From: Vulcanimicrobiota bacterium
Lineage (GTDB): Bacteria > Vulcanimicrobiota > Xenobia > Xenobiales > JADMJV01
Reading direction: 5' to 3'
Assembly: GCA_050250895.1 (NCBI GenBank)
Contig: JBFWNU010000006.1
Location: forward strand, 279,513 to 343,512
DNA: 64,000 bases
This document shows positions 42,548 through 51,787 of the stretch, one piece after another. The notes beneath the pieces are model-generated. The model ran no database searches and was not told the origin of the DNA. It was given only the letters and a program-made list of their open reading frames with translations. The translations under genes and the position numbers were made by a program. Positions within the stretch are counted from its first letter, which is position 1; the number at the start of each line of letters is the position of its first letter.

Positions 42548-44474
42548 GCACCAGCGCCGGCAGACTAATGCCGCTACGCAACAACTCCAGGCGTTCTTGG
42601 GCCTGAGGCTCCGAGAGCACGCGGGGCTTGAGGGGAGCTCTCACCAGCACCCTGCGCCACTGGAGTTCTTTGATGAGGGGAATGTGGTGGCGCGCGATCT
42701 TGCCCACGAATAGCGGCTCGAGGTCTCCTCCTTTGCGCAAGAAGTCGAGTAAAGAGACCAGTCCGCGCAGGTAGATGGCATCCTTGGTCAGGCCTCCGCC
42801 TCGATAGACGCGAGTGACGATGTCGAACAGGCCGGCGGCCGGAAGGGTATATTGGTCGCGCAAGCGATTGAAGGTCTCGCTGAAGGTCGCTCCGGATAAC
42901 AGCAGATCGACGGCCAGCACCCGCACCGCCAGCAGCCGGATACGCGGGCGGCTCAAAGGTCCTGAGAGAAATTCCGACAGCACGGCGATGCCCTCTTGAA
43001 AGGCCAGATAATCAGCCAGCCCCAGCGCCAGTTGCCGCAGCGGCTGAGCCCGGCCGTTGTAGTAGGTGAGCAGATGAGTGCCCACCTCGTGGTGTAGTAA
43101 CGGCTGAACGCGCGAGGCCGCGACCTGGGCCCGACTGCCGATCAACAGATGGCCACGGTCGCAGAGGATGCCGTTACCCAGGTCTTCGCGCACTTCGACC
43201 CGGGGGGTGAAGCCTTCCCACTGTTGGCGGTAACATTCGATCTCGTCGCGCGCCAACTGGGCGAACTCTTCGGCCTCGACCAGCTTGGGATCGGCTTCGC
43301 GGGCCCGCTGGGGCAGCACCTCGAGCACCTGGCGGGCCACCGCTCTGAGCTCGTCGTCGACCTTGCCATAGAGCGAGAGCGAGCCATAGAGGAAGTGCGG
43401 GGTGCGGCGCCGACCCAGCATGGTGATCTTGGTGTCGAGTTGATGCTGCTTTTCTAGAAAAAGGCGTGCCAAGGTCGGTTCCTCCACCCGGTCGACCGGC
43501 ACCGCAAAGAGTTGGCGCTTGAGCTGAGTGGGATCGTGCGGAAAGGGACGATAGAGGAATTCAGGGTCCTGGTTATAGCCTGCCTTCTTGAAGCGCAGCC
43601 AGGCTTGATGGGTGTTGATGGGAGTGGCCTGGAGCAGGAACGAGAACGAGTTCGAAACGTCCTCGAGAGCCTGGTCCACCTGCCAAACCATCTTGACCAT
43701 GGCCCGCGGGCCCAGCGTCTGGTAATTGGGGGGAGCCAGCGGAGTCGAGGTCGTGACGAACTCATACAGGGTTTGGCGCAGCACTCGGCCCAGCTTGCGG
43801 CGCAAGCTGCGCAAGATGATGGGATAGGGTTTTCCGGCGGTGGATTGATAGAAGGGCGAGATCTCGAGTCCCAGACGCAGACAGTGATTCTCTTCGCACC
43901 ATTGGCGCCCTAGAATCCGGGGGCGGTCGCTGGGCCACGGTTTCTGGTCGGTCTGAGTCACGATGGCGGGCACCGCCACTTTGAGTCGGCGCAATCGTCC
44001 GCTCATGGTTTCAGCCAGGCGCTCGACGGTGGGGTGGCCGCCCGTGTGGATGGTGAATTGTGCAATGGTGTAAGGCTCGAGCAAAGGCGGTCCTGCCCAC
44101 AGCTCGAGCAGAAGGAAGGCTCCGAAGGCGGGCTGCTGAGCGCTGACCACCGTCTCGACCAGGGGACGTGCATCTTCCCCCGGACCGACCTCGAGGCAGG
44201 AGGCTTCACTGGTCAAGAGAGCGCGGGTTCCCTCATCGGGTAGGGTGGGGGCTCGATATAAGCAGAGAAAGGGCAGCCGGCGGTCGACCTTGAGCCGAGT
44301 CTTTTCGCCCCAGCGAATGCGAAGAGTCTCGCCTGTGCGTAGCTCCTGGACGAGTTCTTCCAGGTCGATGGTGGTTTTCTCGCTGTGACTCAAGGCTCGA
44401 CCCTTGGTCGCGGTCCGAGCAAACTCCTGGCCGGAGGGGGGCAGGGCAGCCGGGTCTGGCGCGGAACTTGCCAA
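42531..44474 (-). CDS. QEGLA-motif (DUF1704, MATCAP-like) zinc carboxypeptidase; start uncertain
   Basis: HEVGTH, QEGIA, RVYRGGG, TKDAIYLRG, GK motifs. Confidence 0.88.
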   Translation of the reverse strand: MASSAPDPAALPPSGQEFARTATKGRALSHSEKTTIDLEELVQELRTGETLRIRWGEKTRLKVDRRLPFLCLYRAPTLPDEGTRALLTSEASCLEVGPGEDARPLVETVVSAQQPAFGAFLLLELWAGPPLLEPYTIAQFTIHTGGHPTVERLAETMSGRLRRLKVAVPAIVTQTDQKPWPSDRPRILGRQWCEENHCLRLGLEISPFYQSTAGKPYPIILRSLRRKLGRVLRQTLYEFVTTSTPLAPPNYQTLGPRAMVKMVWQVDQALEDVSNSFSFLLQATPINTHQAWLRFKKAGYNQDPEFLYRPFPHDPTQLKRQLFAVPVDRVEEPTLARLFLEKQHQLDTKITMLGRRRTPHFLYGSLSLYGKVDDELRAVARQVLEVLPQRAREADPKLVEAEEFAQLARDEIECYRQQWEGFTPRVEVREDLGNGILCDRGHLLIGSRAQVAASRVQPLLHHEVGTHLLTYYNGRAQPLRQLALGLADYLAFQEGIAVLSEFLSGPLSRPRIRLLAVRVLAVDLLLSGATFSETFNRLRDQYTLPAAGLFDIVTRVYRGGGLTKDAIYLRGLVSLLDFLRKGGDLEPLFVGKIARHHIPLIKELQWRRVLVRAPLKPRVLSEPQAQERLELLRSGISLPALVLSEAF

Positions 44475-44476
44475 AG

Positions 44477-45541
44477 ATGGTCAGGACGTGGCTCGACCAG
44501 CTGTTGCTCGGTCGGCTCTCCGATGGGCAGCGGTGGGTCTGGATCGGGGTGCTGCTGTTACTCATCTTGAGCGCGCCGCTGCTGGATCTGCTCGGGGACC
44601 CTCACTTTCACCTGAATCTCTATCCCTTGCCCATTATCCTGGCGGTCTTTCTCTTTCGCGAGCGAGGACTGTTAATGGTGGGCGTGATGATGGGAGTCTA
44701 CAGCCTGGTGCAGTTTCACCGCTCTACCGGCTCGGCGGCGATGATGGTCAATAACTTTTTCGAGTTGCTCGTGCTCTCTCTGGTGGGCGTGGTTTGTCAC
44801 GGCCTGGTCAAGAGCTATCGTCGCCTCTACCGGCGTGAAAGCGAGCTAGCGGCGGCCCGCCAGGAAGTCTTGATGACCCTGACCCACGAGCTGCGAAGCC
44901 CGCTCTTTGCGGCTCAGGGCACTATTGAGTCGCTATTGCGCGGTTTCGAGCGGATGAGTCCTGAACAGTTGCGCCAACAATTGCAGGCGGCCGGAGTGGC
45001 CATCACCCTGGTCAACCGCGAGGTCGAGGGCATCACCCAGCTGTTTCGGGTCGAATCGGGCAAGCTCAGGGTCCACCCCCAACCCTTGCAGCTCGAGGAG
45101 GTGTTCGAGGGCGTGCGGTCGCGTCATCCGGAGGTCTCTCATCCGGCCCACCGGTTGGTGTTCGCGGGCGGAGAACTCCAACTACGGGCCGACCGTCTAC
45201 TGTTGACCCAGGCTCTCGACAACCTGGTTACCAACGCTTTTCGCCACGCTCCCGGCGGGCGGGTCGAGGTGGCGGCGACGGTGACCGAGCAGAAAGTGAT
45301 CATCGTGATCCAGGATGAAGGGCCCGGGATCGCCAACAAAGACCGGCAGCGAATCTTCGAGAGATACGAGCGGGGTGAGGGCGAAACGCCCGGATTCGGC
45401 ATCGGCCTCTATTTGGCCCGGGAGTATCTCTGCGCTCAGGGTGGCGAGCTGACTCTTGAATCGAGCCCTCGCGGAGCCCGATTCGTGGCCAGCCTACCTC
45501 TGGAGGAGTTGCATGGGGATCATCCGAGTGGTGATAGCTGA
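44477..45541 (+). CDS. Membrane sensor histidine kinase
   Basis: TM region; THELRSPL H-box, NLVTNA, DEGPG, GIGL. Confidence 0.93.
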   Translation: MVRTWLDQLLLGRLSDGQRWVWIGVLLLLILSAPLLDLLGDPHFHLNLYPLPIILAVFLFRERGLLMVGVMMGVYSLVQFHRSTGSAAMMVNNFFELLVLSLVGVVCHGLVKSYRRLYRRESELAAARQEVLMTLTHELRSPLFAAQGTIESLLRGFERMSPEQLRQQLQAAGVAITLVNREVEGITQLFRVESGKLRVHPQPLQLEEVFEGVRSRHPEVSHPAHRLVFAGGELQLRADRLLLTQALDNLVTNAFRHAPGGRVEVAATVTEQKVIIVIQDEGPGIANKDRQRIFERYERGEGETPGFGIGLYLAREYLCAQGGELTLESSPRGARFVASLPLEELHGDHPSGDS

Positions 45542-46184
45542 TGACCATCATCTAGTCCGCCAGATGATGGTAAATACTCTTTCCACTACCGACGGGCTCG
45601 AAGTGGTGGCCGAGGCTTCCAACGGCACCGAGGCATTAGAAGCATGCCGAAAGTTTCGTCCGCAGGTGCTGGTGCTGGATCTCAAGATGCCCGACATGTC
45701 GGGGGTCGAAGTCACCCGCCGCGTCCAGAGCCTGCTGCCCGAGATGGGCGTCCTGATTCTGACGGCTGTCGAAGAGGAAGGACCCTTGTTCGAGTCGCTG
45801 GCTGCCGGGGCCCGCGGCTACCTACTCAAGGATGCCTCGGTGGATGAGGTGGTGGGAGCCATTCGCACGGTGGCCTCGGGGCGGGCCGTGCTGCATCCCC
45901 GCAGTACTCTGAGTCTGCTCAACGAGTTTCAACGGTCTCGCATGACCAACACGCGCAAGACCGATCAGAGCTTTGCCTCGACGCTCACCCGACTCACTCC
46001 GCGTGAGCGTGAGGTTCTTCGCTTGATCGGACAGGGGTTTTCCAATCGAGAGATCGGGCGCCAGCTCGTCATCAGCGAGAAAACCGCCAAGACTCACGTG
46101 GCCAATCTGCTGCGCCGGATCGGAGTCAAGGACCGGGTGGCCGCAGCGATTTTTGCCGTCAAAGCGGGCCTCTGCGAGCCCTGA
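45513..46184 (+). CDS. NarL/LuxR family response regulator
   Basis: GGAGGAG SD; ADDH, LDLKMP, GYLLK; LTPREREVL...SNREI HTH. Confidence 0.95.
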   Translation: MGIIRVVIADDHHLVRQMMVNTLSTTDGLEVVAEASNGTEALEACRKFRPQVLVLDLKMPDMSGVEVTRRVQSLLPEMGVLILTAVEEEGPLFESLAAGARGYLLKDASVDEVVGAIRTVASGRAVLHPRSTLSLLNEFQRSRMTNTRKTDQSFASTLTRLTPREREVLRLIGQGFSNREIGRQLVISEKTAKTHVANLLRRIGVKDRVAAAIFAVKAGLCEP

Positions 46185-46192
46185 AAATGAAG

Positions 46193-46218
46193 AAGCCCCT
46201 CGATTTGGCGAGAGGCTT
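46193..46218. terminator. Terminator hairpin between convergent genes
   Basis: AAGCCCCTCG-ATTTGG-CGAGAGGCTT; T-rich tail on the minus strand. Confidence 0.6.
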
Positions 46219-46238
46219 GTCGGCTCGAATGACCGGAT

Positions 46239-46409
46239 TCAGGCGGCTTGCCCCCTGGCTCGCATCCGCTCTAGCGTGCGCAGGGCCTTGTCTGAAAGGT
46301 ATCCTTTGTCGTCGTAAGTCTCCCAAATGGACTGGAGAATTTCGTTGTCGGGAAAAAGGTCGTCCACTTCGGAAAGTAACTCGTCGACATAATCGCCTGA
46401 ATGTCTCAT
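46239..46409 (-). CDS. Small acidic hypothetical protein (56 aa)
   Basis: AGGGAGG SD; MRHSGDYVDELLSEVDDLFPDNEILQSIWETYDDKGYLSDKALRTLERMRARGQAA; terminator downstream. Confidence 0.7.
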   Translation of the reverse strand: MRHSGDYVDELLSEVDDLFPDNEILQSIWETYDDKGYLSDKALRTLERMRARGQAA

Positions 46410-46439
46410 CTCGGCGCCCTCCCTTTTTATGGTATTAAC

Positions 46440-46507
46440 AGTCTAGTAGCGGTACTCCTGGAGTGCCATACTCCAAATGGATTAGGCTGACTACTCCGAT
46501 CGAATGA
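46440..46507 (-). promoter_or_regulatory. Promoter with repeated NarL-type operator half-sites
   Basis: TACTCC at 46453, 46469, 46492, each with an imperfect inverted partner; minus-strand TAGACT -10 at 46445-46440. Confidence 0.55.
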
Positions 46508-46520
46508 TTTGTTAAAATCT

Positions 46521-47210
46521 CTAGGATTTGTAGGCGCTGCCTCGGTTTGCTTTGTGATAAGCCGCCACTTCGCGGGCTACCACCAGCCAGAGATAAAAAC
46601 CGCAAGCGTAGCCGATGACCTGCCGCAAATAGGGAACGGGCAGCATCCAGCCCAGCACCCCTACCACAGGAATGAGCAGCAGTAACCAGGCAAAGCCGAA
46701 ATATTCACCAGGGTCGGCAGTGACGAACTCGAAGATGTCGCGGAAGCGAAAGCCCCCTGGAATGTCGCCACTCTCGGCGAAGCAGGCCAGGGCGATCGGC
46801 ATGAGCATCACGATGAGCGCCCACAGGGCCAGCGCCAACAGGCCCACAATGCCCACCAGGATCTCGCCGAACAAGCCGTGTTGCATGGTGCCCTTGGCCA
46901 GGGCGCTCTGGGTGCCGTAGATGTAGCCGAAGCTCAGCATCGTGATGGCTCCTGGAAGGCAGGCCAAAAGAGCATAGCCGGCCATCACCACGAAACCACC
47001 CAGGCCCCGAAACAGATGGCCCGTGAACTCGTCCGAACTCCATCCTGGCAGAGTCCCGTCGTCACTACCATCCAGTCCTCGCTCGATGAGCAGCTGAATG
47101 TAACCGAGGGGGGCGAAAAATACGATGGGGATGATGCTAAACAGCGTCCCAAGTGCGATTTTCTTGCCCGCTTCGCTGTCTCGCAACGGGGATTTGAAAT
47201 CGATGGCCAT
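46521..47210 (-). CDS. DUF4013-like membrane protein
   Basis: IP.....GY, LP.W, G..G pattern with about five TM helices. Confidence 0.75.
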   Translation of the reverse strand: MAIDFKSPLRDSEAGKKIALGTLFSIIPIVFFAPLGYIQLLIERGLDGSDDGTLPGWSSDEFTGHLFRGLGGFVVMAGYALLACLPGAITMLSFGYIYGTQSALAKGTMQHGLFGEILVGIVGLLALALWALIVMLMPIALACFAESGDIPGGFRFRDIFEFVTADPGEYFGFAWLLLLIPVVGVLGWMLPVPYLRQVIGYACGFYLWLVVAREVAAYHKANRGSAYKS

Positions 47211-47453
47211 GGAGGCCTCCTGCTTCGTAGTCCCTCTAGATTTCGCGAGTTGCGGCGGCCTTCCCTGTCGGGGGTCGTGGCTAGAGCAAGTCGGCTCGCT
47301 CGGGCCCGGTTAGTTTTGCCTCGATCGGGGAAAGGAATTCGAACAGGACCAAATCGGCAGGACGGGAACGCAACCCGGGCGGGGAGTGTTGGTTTACTAG
47401 GTGAGGTTCCCGGTGGGGTCGAAGTATCTCAGGGGGTTGGGTTAGGAGACGAC

Positions 47454-47648
47454 GTGAGCTTAGGACCTTTTGAAATCGTGGCGCTGGCCTTTTTGGCCGT
47501 GTTGATCTTTGGAACGGCCCCTTTCATTCGAGCCGGCTCCGCTCTCGGCCAGACGGTCAAAGAGTTCCGCAAGGCGGTTACGACCGCTGAGGCATCCGAG
47601 CCCGAAAAGCTCGAAGCACCCCAAGGAGAAGCGTCTGAAAAAGCTTGA
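47454..47648 (+). CDS. TatA/TatB family twin-arginine translocase subunit
   Basis: AGGAG SD, GTG; LGPFEI...LIFG TM and amphipathic LGQTVKEFRKA. Confidence 0.8.
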   Translation: MSLGPFEIVALAFLAVLIFGTAPFIRAGSALGQTVKEFRKAVTTAEASEPEKLEAPQGEASEKA

Positions 47649-47658
47649 AGACCAGCCG

Positions 47659-48351
47659 ATGACCTTCTTCGGTCATCTCGAGGAGCTGCGGTCACGCCTC
47701 TTGTGGTCGTTGTGGGCCTGGATATTGGCCTCCGGCGTGTGCTACTATTTCGTGCCAAAGTTGCTGGTGGTGGTGCGCGAGGAGTTTCTCGACGCCAAGA
47801 TTCAGCTCATCTTCACCCATCCCACCGAGGCCTTCTTTGCCTATCTCAAGGTGGCTATGGTGGCGGGCACCTTCGTGGCTTCTCCGGTGCTGGGCTACCA
47901 CGTCTTGATGTTCGTGGTGCCGGGGCTCGAACAGCATGAACGTCGCTGGCTGTTTCGGCTGATGCCCTTTTCCATTCTGTTGTTTGTGGCCGGCTGCACC
48001 TTTGCTTTCTACGTGGTGCTGCCGATCACGATGCACTTCTTCGTGAGTTTTTCCAACGAAGCTCTGACCCCGATGTTTACCGTAGGAGAATTCCTGGGCT
48101 TTGTGACGGGGGTGCTGTTACTCTGTGGGGTCGCCTTTCAAGTGCCGTTGGTGCTTTTCTTGGCGGCGCAATTAGGGCTCATCTCTTCAAAGATGCTGCG
48201 CCAGCATCGGCGCATCGCGATTTTCTTGTCTTTTCTCATCGCGGCCGTGGCCACGCCCACTCCCGACGCTTTCACCATGTCGGTTGTGGCCGTGCCTATC
48301 TGGCTGCTCTTTGAGATCAGTGTGGTATTGATTCGAATCACGGGTAAATAG
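47659..48351 (+). CDS. tatC: Twin-arginine translocase subunit TatC
   Basis: HLEELRSRL, PTEAF, PGL..E, FQVP, TPTPD. Confidence 0.95.
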   Translation: MTFFGHLEELRSRLLWSLWAWILASGVCYYFVPKLLVVVREEFLDAKIQLIFTHPTEAFFAYLKVAMVAGTFVASPVLGYHVLMFVVPGLEQHERRWLFRLMPFSILLFVAGCTFAFYVVLPITMHFFVSFSNEALTPMFTVGEFLGFVTGVLLLCGVAFQVPLVLFLAAQLGLISSKMLRQHRRIAIFLSFLIAAVATPTPDAFTMSVVAVPIWLLFEISVVLIRITGK

Positions 48352-48370
48352 AGACTTGGAGGTCTACTTA

Positions 48371-48553
48371 ATGGACTACTTCACCATGGCCTGGACACTG
48401 GGCCCCACTGAACTGATTGTCTTGTTGGTCATCGCGCTGGTGGTCTTCGGACCCAAGCGTTTGCCCGAACTGGGCGAGGCTTTTGGCAAAGGGATCAAGA
48501 GCTTCAAGAACGCCAGCAAAGAGCCTCCGGCCGAAGCCGACGAAACCGTTTGA
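48371..48553 (+). CDS. tatA: Twin-arginine translocase subunit TatA
   Basis: GPTELIV...VFGPKRLPELG...GKGIKSFK. Confidence 0.93.
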   Translation: MDYFTMAWTLGPTELIVLLVIALVVFGPKRLPELGEAFGKGIKSFKNASKEPPAEADETV

Positions 48554-48571
48554 GCCGGCTGGGAGTTTGAA

Positions 48572-48925
48572 GTGAGCCTAACGCCTTTGCTTGAGATCGT
48601 TCCGGGGGAGAGCTATTACCGCGTGGTGGTCCGCGGCGATCTCGACATGGCCACTGTTCCCACCTTCAAGTCGAGGATGAGCGAGCTGGTCGCTCAGGGG
48701 GTGGTCCGTTTTGTGGTGGATATGACCGAGGTAGAGCACGCCGACACCACGGGTCTCGGCATCCTCGTCTGGCTGCACAAGACGGCCGAGCACGAAGGCG
48801 GAGCCCTTTGCTTGTTGGGCGGGCCACCGCAGTTTCGAAGGGTCCTAGAGCTGACCGGCCTCAATCAGTTGTTCACGTTCCACGAGCAGTTGTCCGAGGC
48901 CGAGAGCTTCCTCGGGTGTGTCTGA
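48572..48925 (+). CDS. STAS domain anti-sigma factor antagonist
   Basis: GDLDMAT, VDM..V...DTTGLG.L, LELTGL. Confidence 0.9.
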   Translation: MSLTPLLEIVPGESYYRVVVRGDLDMATVPTFKSRMSELVAQGVVRFVVDMTEVEHADTTGLGILVWLHKTAEHEGGALCLLGGPPQFRRVLELTGLNQLFTFHEQLSEAESFLGCV

Positions 48926-49370
48926 CGACTATTACCAGCAGTTAAAAACCTTCTTCGAGCAGCAAGTCCGCTTCAACCGCCGGATGGGGTTGGTGGTGGA
49001 AGAGCTGGCGCCTGGATTGGCCCGCCTACGATTTCCGTTTCAAGAGGACTTCATGGGGGACCCTTTGCGGCAGGCCCTCCACGGCGGCGTCGTGGCCACC
49101 ATCATCGACCTGGCCGGGGGAATGGCTGTCTTCACGCGGTTGAGCCGGGGCGACGCCTGCTCGACCATCGATCTACGCGTCGACTATTACCTGCCCGCCG
49201 AGAGCCTGGATCTGGTGGCCGAGGCCCGTTTGGCACGCCTGGGCAACCGGGTGGCCGTCTCGAATATCGAGGTCATCCAGCCCGGCCGTTCTGGCCTGAT
49301 TGCCGAAGGCCGAGGAGCCTACGCCATCAAGAACAAGGCCCTTCAGGGACCAGACGAAGAGGCCAGGTGA
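48918..49370 (+). CDS. PaaI family hotdog thioesterase
   Basis: LHGGV.ATIID, TIDLRVDY. Confidence 0.9.
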   Translation: MSDDYYQQLKTFFEQQVRFNRRMGLVVEELAPGLARLRFPFQEDFMGDPLRQALHGGVVATIIDLAGGMAVFTRLSRGDACSTIDLRVDYYLPAESLDLVAEARLARLGNRVAVSNIEVIQPGRSGLIAEGRGAYAIKNKALQGPDEEAR

Positions 49371-49972
49371 TAGGCCAGGATGGCCAGTTCGTGAGTAAGG
49401 TCGACATTGCGCACCACTACCGGTTCGACCATGCCCAGAGAGCGGCCGGTGAAGTTCAAAATGGCTTTGACGCCGCACTGAGTCAACAGTTCAGCCGTGC
49501 TTGGTGCGGCAGCCGCCGGCACCGCCAGCACTCCCAGATCGACGCTCAGAGGTTGCGGCAGGTCGGCGATGTCACAGACCGTCAAGCCGCCCAGTTCCTT
49601 GCCGACCTTGCCAGGGTCGGCGTCGAAGATGTGAACGATCTCGAATCCCCAACGCGCAAAGCCCGGGAAGTTGGCCAGCGCTGAACCGAGATTGCCGGCA
49701 CCCACCAGCACCACCTTGTGTTGTCGATCCAGCTGCATGATCGAGGCGATGCGGCGCAACAGGTGTTGGACCGGGTAACCCAGTCCCTGAATGCCAAACT
49801 CGCCGAAATAAGACAGGTCTTTCCGGAATTGTGAGGCTTTGATGCCCGCTCGCGATGCGATTTCTCCCGAGGAGACGATCGAGATGCCGCTCTCCTGCAG
49901 CTCAGCCAGGCAACGAAAATAGACGGGCAGCCTTGACACGGTGGGGTCGGGAATTTTCACGCGTTTATCCAT
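49343..49972 (-). CDS. rex: Redox-sensing transcriptional repressor Rex
   Basis: TVSRLPVY, QFRKDLSYFGEFG..G.GY, VGAGNLG, ILNF. Confidence 0.95.
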   Translation of the reverse strand: MDKRVKIPDPTVSRLPVYFRCLAELQESGISIVSSGEIASRAGIKASQFRKDLSYFGEFGIQGLGYPVQHLLRRIASIMQLDRQHKVVLVGAGNLGSALANFPGFARWGFEIVHIFDADPGKVGKELGGLTVCDIADLPQPLSVDLGVLAVPAAAAPSTAELLTQCGVKAILNFTGRSLGMVEPVVVRNVDLTHELAILAYHLASSSGP

Positions 49973-50001
49973 AGGGCGGGCTATAGGCAACGCGGTTTCG
50001 A

Positions 50002-50856
50002 CTATCGGCGTATTTTCCCTGTCTTCTTCTTGACGGGCAACTGATGCTCCCAGGCGGTCACCACCTGGGCCAGGCGCAGGCAGTCGATGAGAGGCTCGAG
50101 GCCATCAGGGCAGGGAGTGACGGCCTGGGCTATCAGGCGCACCGCATCCAGGTCGACATCCCCCTCGCGGAATTCGCCCCCGCGCACATACGATCCCAGA
50201 TCCAGGACCAGCGTGGACGGACAGACCATGGATGCCCGGACCAGACCGACCACCCCGGTGGCCGCGATCAAAATCTCGGCCTGACGGGTGTGGCGGGACA
50301 GATCGCGGGTCATCTCATGACAGATGGTGACGGTGGCATCGTGGGCCAGCAGCAAGAGGGCCAGCGGCTGGGCCAACCAGGGGCTGCGCCCGAGCACTAC
50401 TACCCGCCGCCCGGCCACCCCGTGTCCCTGGCTTTCGAGGAGCTTCAGGCAGGCCAGGCCGGCCAGGGGAGGGCGTTGCCCCAGGTTGAGAGGGTGGACT
50501 CCATCGAGGTCGCGCCTGGCCAGTCCAGGTTGAGCCGCCAGCATGGATTCGAGCTCTTCGGTCACCGGAGGCTGGACCAGAAAACCATGAAAACGGTCCG
50601 AGCTGACCAGATACTCGAGGGTGGCCCGCACCTCGCGCTCGGCTCCACGAGCCGCGAAGCGGTAGTGCTGCGTTCGAATGCCCAGGTGAGCGGCGCGGCT
50701 GAGCAGCGACCCCGCTCGCGACCCCGCCGTCGTGCCGAGCTCGACGAGGGCCAACGAGGGAGGTTGGTGCTCAGCCATGAGGCGTTGGAGTCGCTGTGCC
50801 AAACGTTCATACAGTCGCTCGACGAACGAGGCGCTTTCTAGTAGTTCGGCGGCCAT
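50002..50856 (-). CDS. Divergent FolD-like protein
   Basis: G.LVQ.P, DLDG.HPLNLG, V.LGRS, ATVTICH, GDVD, TP motifs; several catalytic positions altered. Confidence 0.8.
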   Translation of the reverse strand: MAAELLESASFVERLYERLAQRLQRLMAEHQPPSLALVELGTTAGSRAGSLLSRAAHLGIRTQHYRFAARGAEREVRATLEYLVSSDRFHGFLVQPPVTEELESMLAAQPGLARRDLDGVHPLNLGQRPPLAGLACLKLLESQGHGVAGRRVVVLGRSPWLAQPLALLLLAHDATVTICHEMTRDLSRHTRQAEILIAATGVVGLVRASMVCPSTLVLDLGSYVRGGEFREGDVDLDAVRLIAQAVTPCPDGLEPLIDCLRLAQVVTAWEHQLPVKKKTGKIRR

Positions 50857-51091
50857 CTGTCGAGGTTCGTTAGACGGCTCTGCAAACCCTCGCGGGGAGC
50901 CAGACGACTTTCAAGTCATTCTCTCTGATACTAGGAAAGTGCGGTTTTTGCAGGAAGCTAGCAGCGGGTCCCAAAAGAGTGGCTTTTTATATGACGGATT
51001 TCGTCGAATCACAGAGCATCGAATAGGCCGGCGTTAAGTGCCGCTCGTAGCGATCCAGCGCCGCCAATTTGACTAAGGAAGGTGAACACTA

Positions 51092-51277
51092 ATGCCGCCT
51101 AAGAAAGATACGAAAAAGAAAGCTACCGCGAAGAAAGACGCCGACAACAAAGGCGCCTCGAAGAAAGCGGCTGGCAAGTCTAGCTCGAAGCCTGCGGCCA
51201 AGAAGCCCGCTGCTAAGAGCGGTGGTGCCAAGAAGGCTGCTCCGCGGAAAAAAGGGACCCCGGTCAAAGAGATGTAG
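51092..51277 (+). CDS. Lys/Ala-rich histone H1-like small protein
   Basis: AAGGAAGG SD; 61 aa with KK and PAAKK repeats; terminator follows. Confidence 0.8.
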   Translation: MPPKKDTKKKATAKKDADNKGASKKAAGKSSSKPAAKKPAAKSGGAKKAAPRKKGTPVKEM

Positions 51278-51304
51278 CTCGCTACGCGACCGAAGGTTTC
51301 TGAG

Positions 51305-51329
51305 AAAGCCTCCCCCGGGAGGCTGTTTT
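51305..51329 (+). terminator. Intrinsic terminator
   Basis: AGCCTCCC-CC-GGGAGGCT followed by GTTTT. Confidence 0.65.
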
Positions 51330-51787
51330 CATGGTGACGAGAATCGTGCCGTGAAGTCGTCGGACTTCAATCCGAAGATTTCGGGCCGTTCTTCGTAGAC
51401 GAGAAAGTCGTCAGAAACCCACTCCAGTAATCCCGATTCGGTGTCGAAGCCCACGACCCAATAGTACCTGCCCCGGGTCAACTCCTCGGTGGTGTGTTGG
51501 GCCCTGGCCAGAAACGTTCGCTGTTGGTCTTGCTGGTCGAGATGGCGGGTCAGGCTGCCAGCCAAGGCCACGAGGTAGTCTTCGGCCGGCACTTCGTCCA
51601 GGTCATTGCGCGCCTGCGCCAGTGCCGGCGGGTAGGCCAGCGCCGAGCGCAGTAGACCCGCCAGTTCCGGTGCGACCGCTTCGCCCTCGGGTTCAAAGGC
51701 AGCATAGATGCGAAAACTTCGGTCAGAAGGGGCGGCAAGTTCCAGAGCCTGGCCAGACGGACGGTGGGTGCTGACGAAGATTTTCAT
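51329..51787 (-). CDS. Hypothetical protein
   Basis: ORF from ATG 51787 (MKIFVST), divergent from ruvB. Confidence 0.65.
   Translation of the reverse strand: MKIFVSTHRPSGQALELAAPSDRSFRIYAAFEPEGEAVAPELAGLLRSALAYPPALAQARNDLDEVPAEDYLVALAGSLTRHLDQQDQQRTFLARAQHTTEELTRGRYYWVVGFDTESGLLEWVSDDFLVYEERPEIFGLKSDDFTARFSSP

Noticed and set aside
46187-46438. 83-aa plus-strand ORF
   Set aside because: Runs through a terminator and lacks an SD; the opposite 56-aa ORF has SD, promoter and terminator
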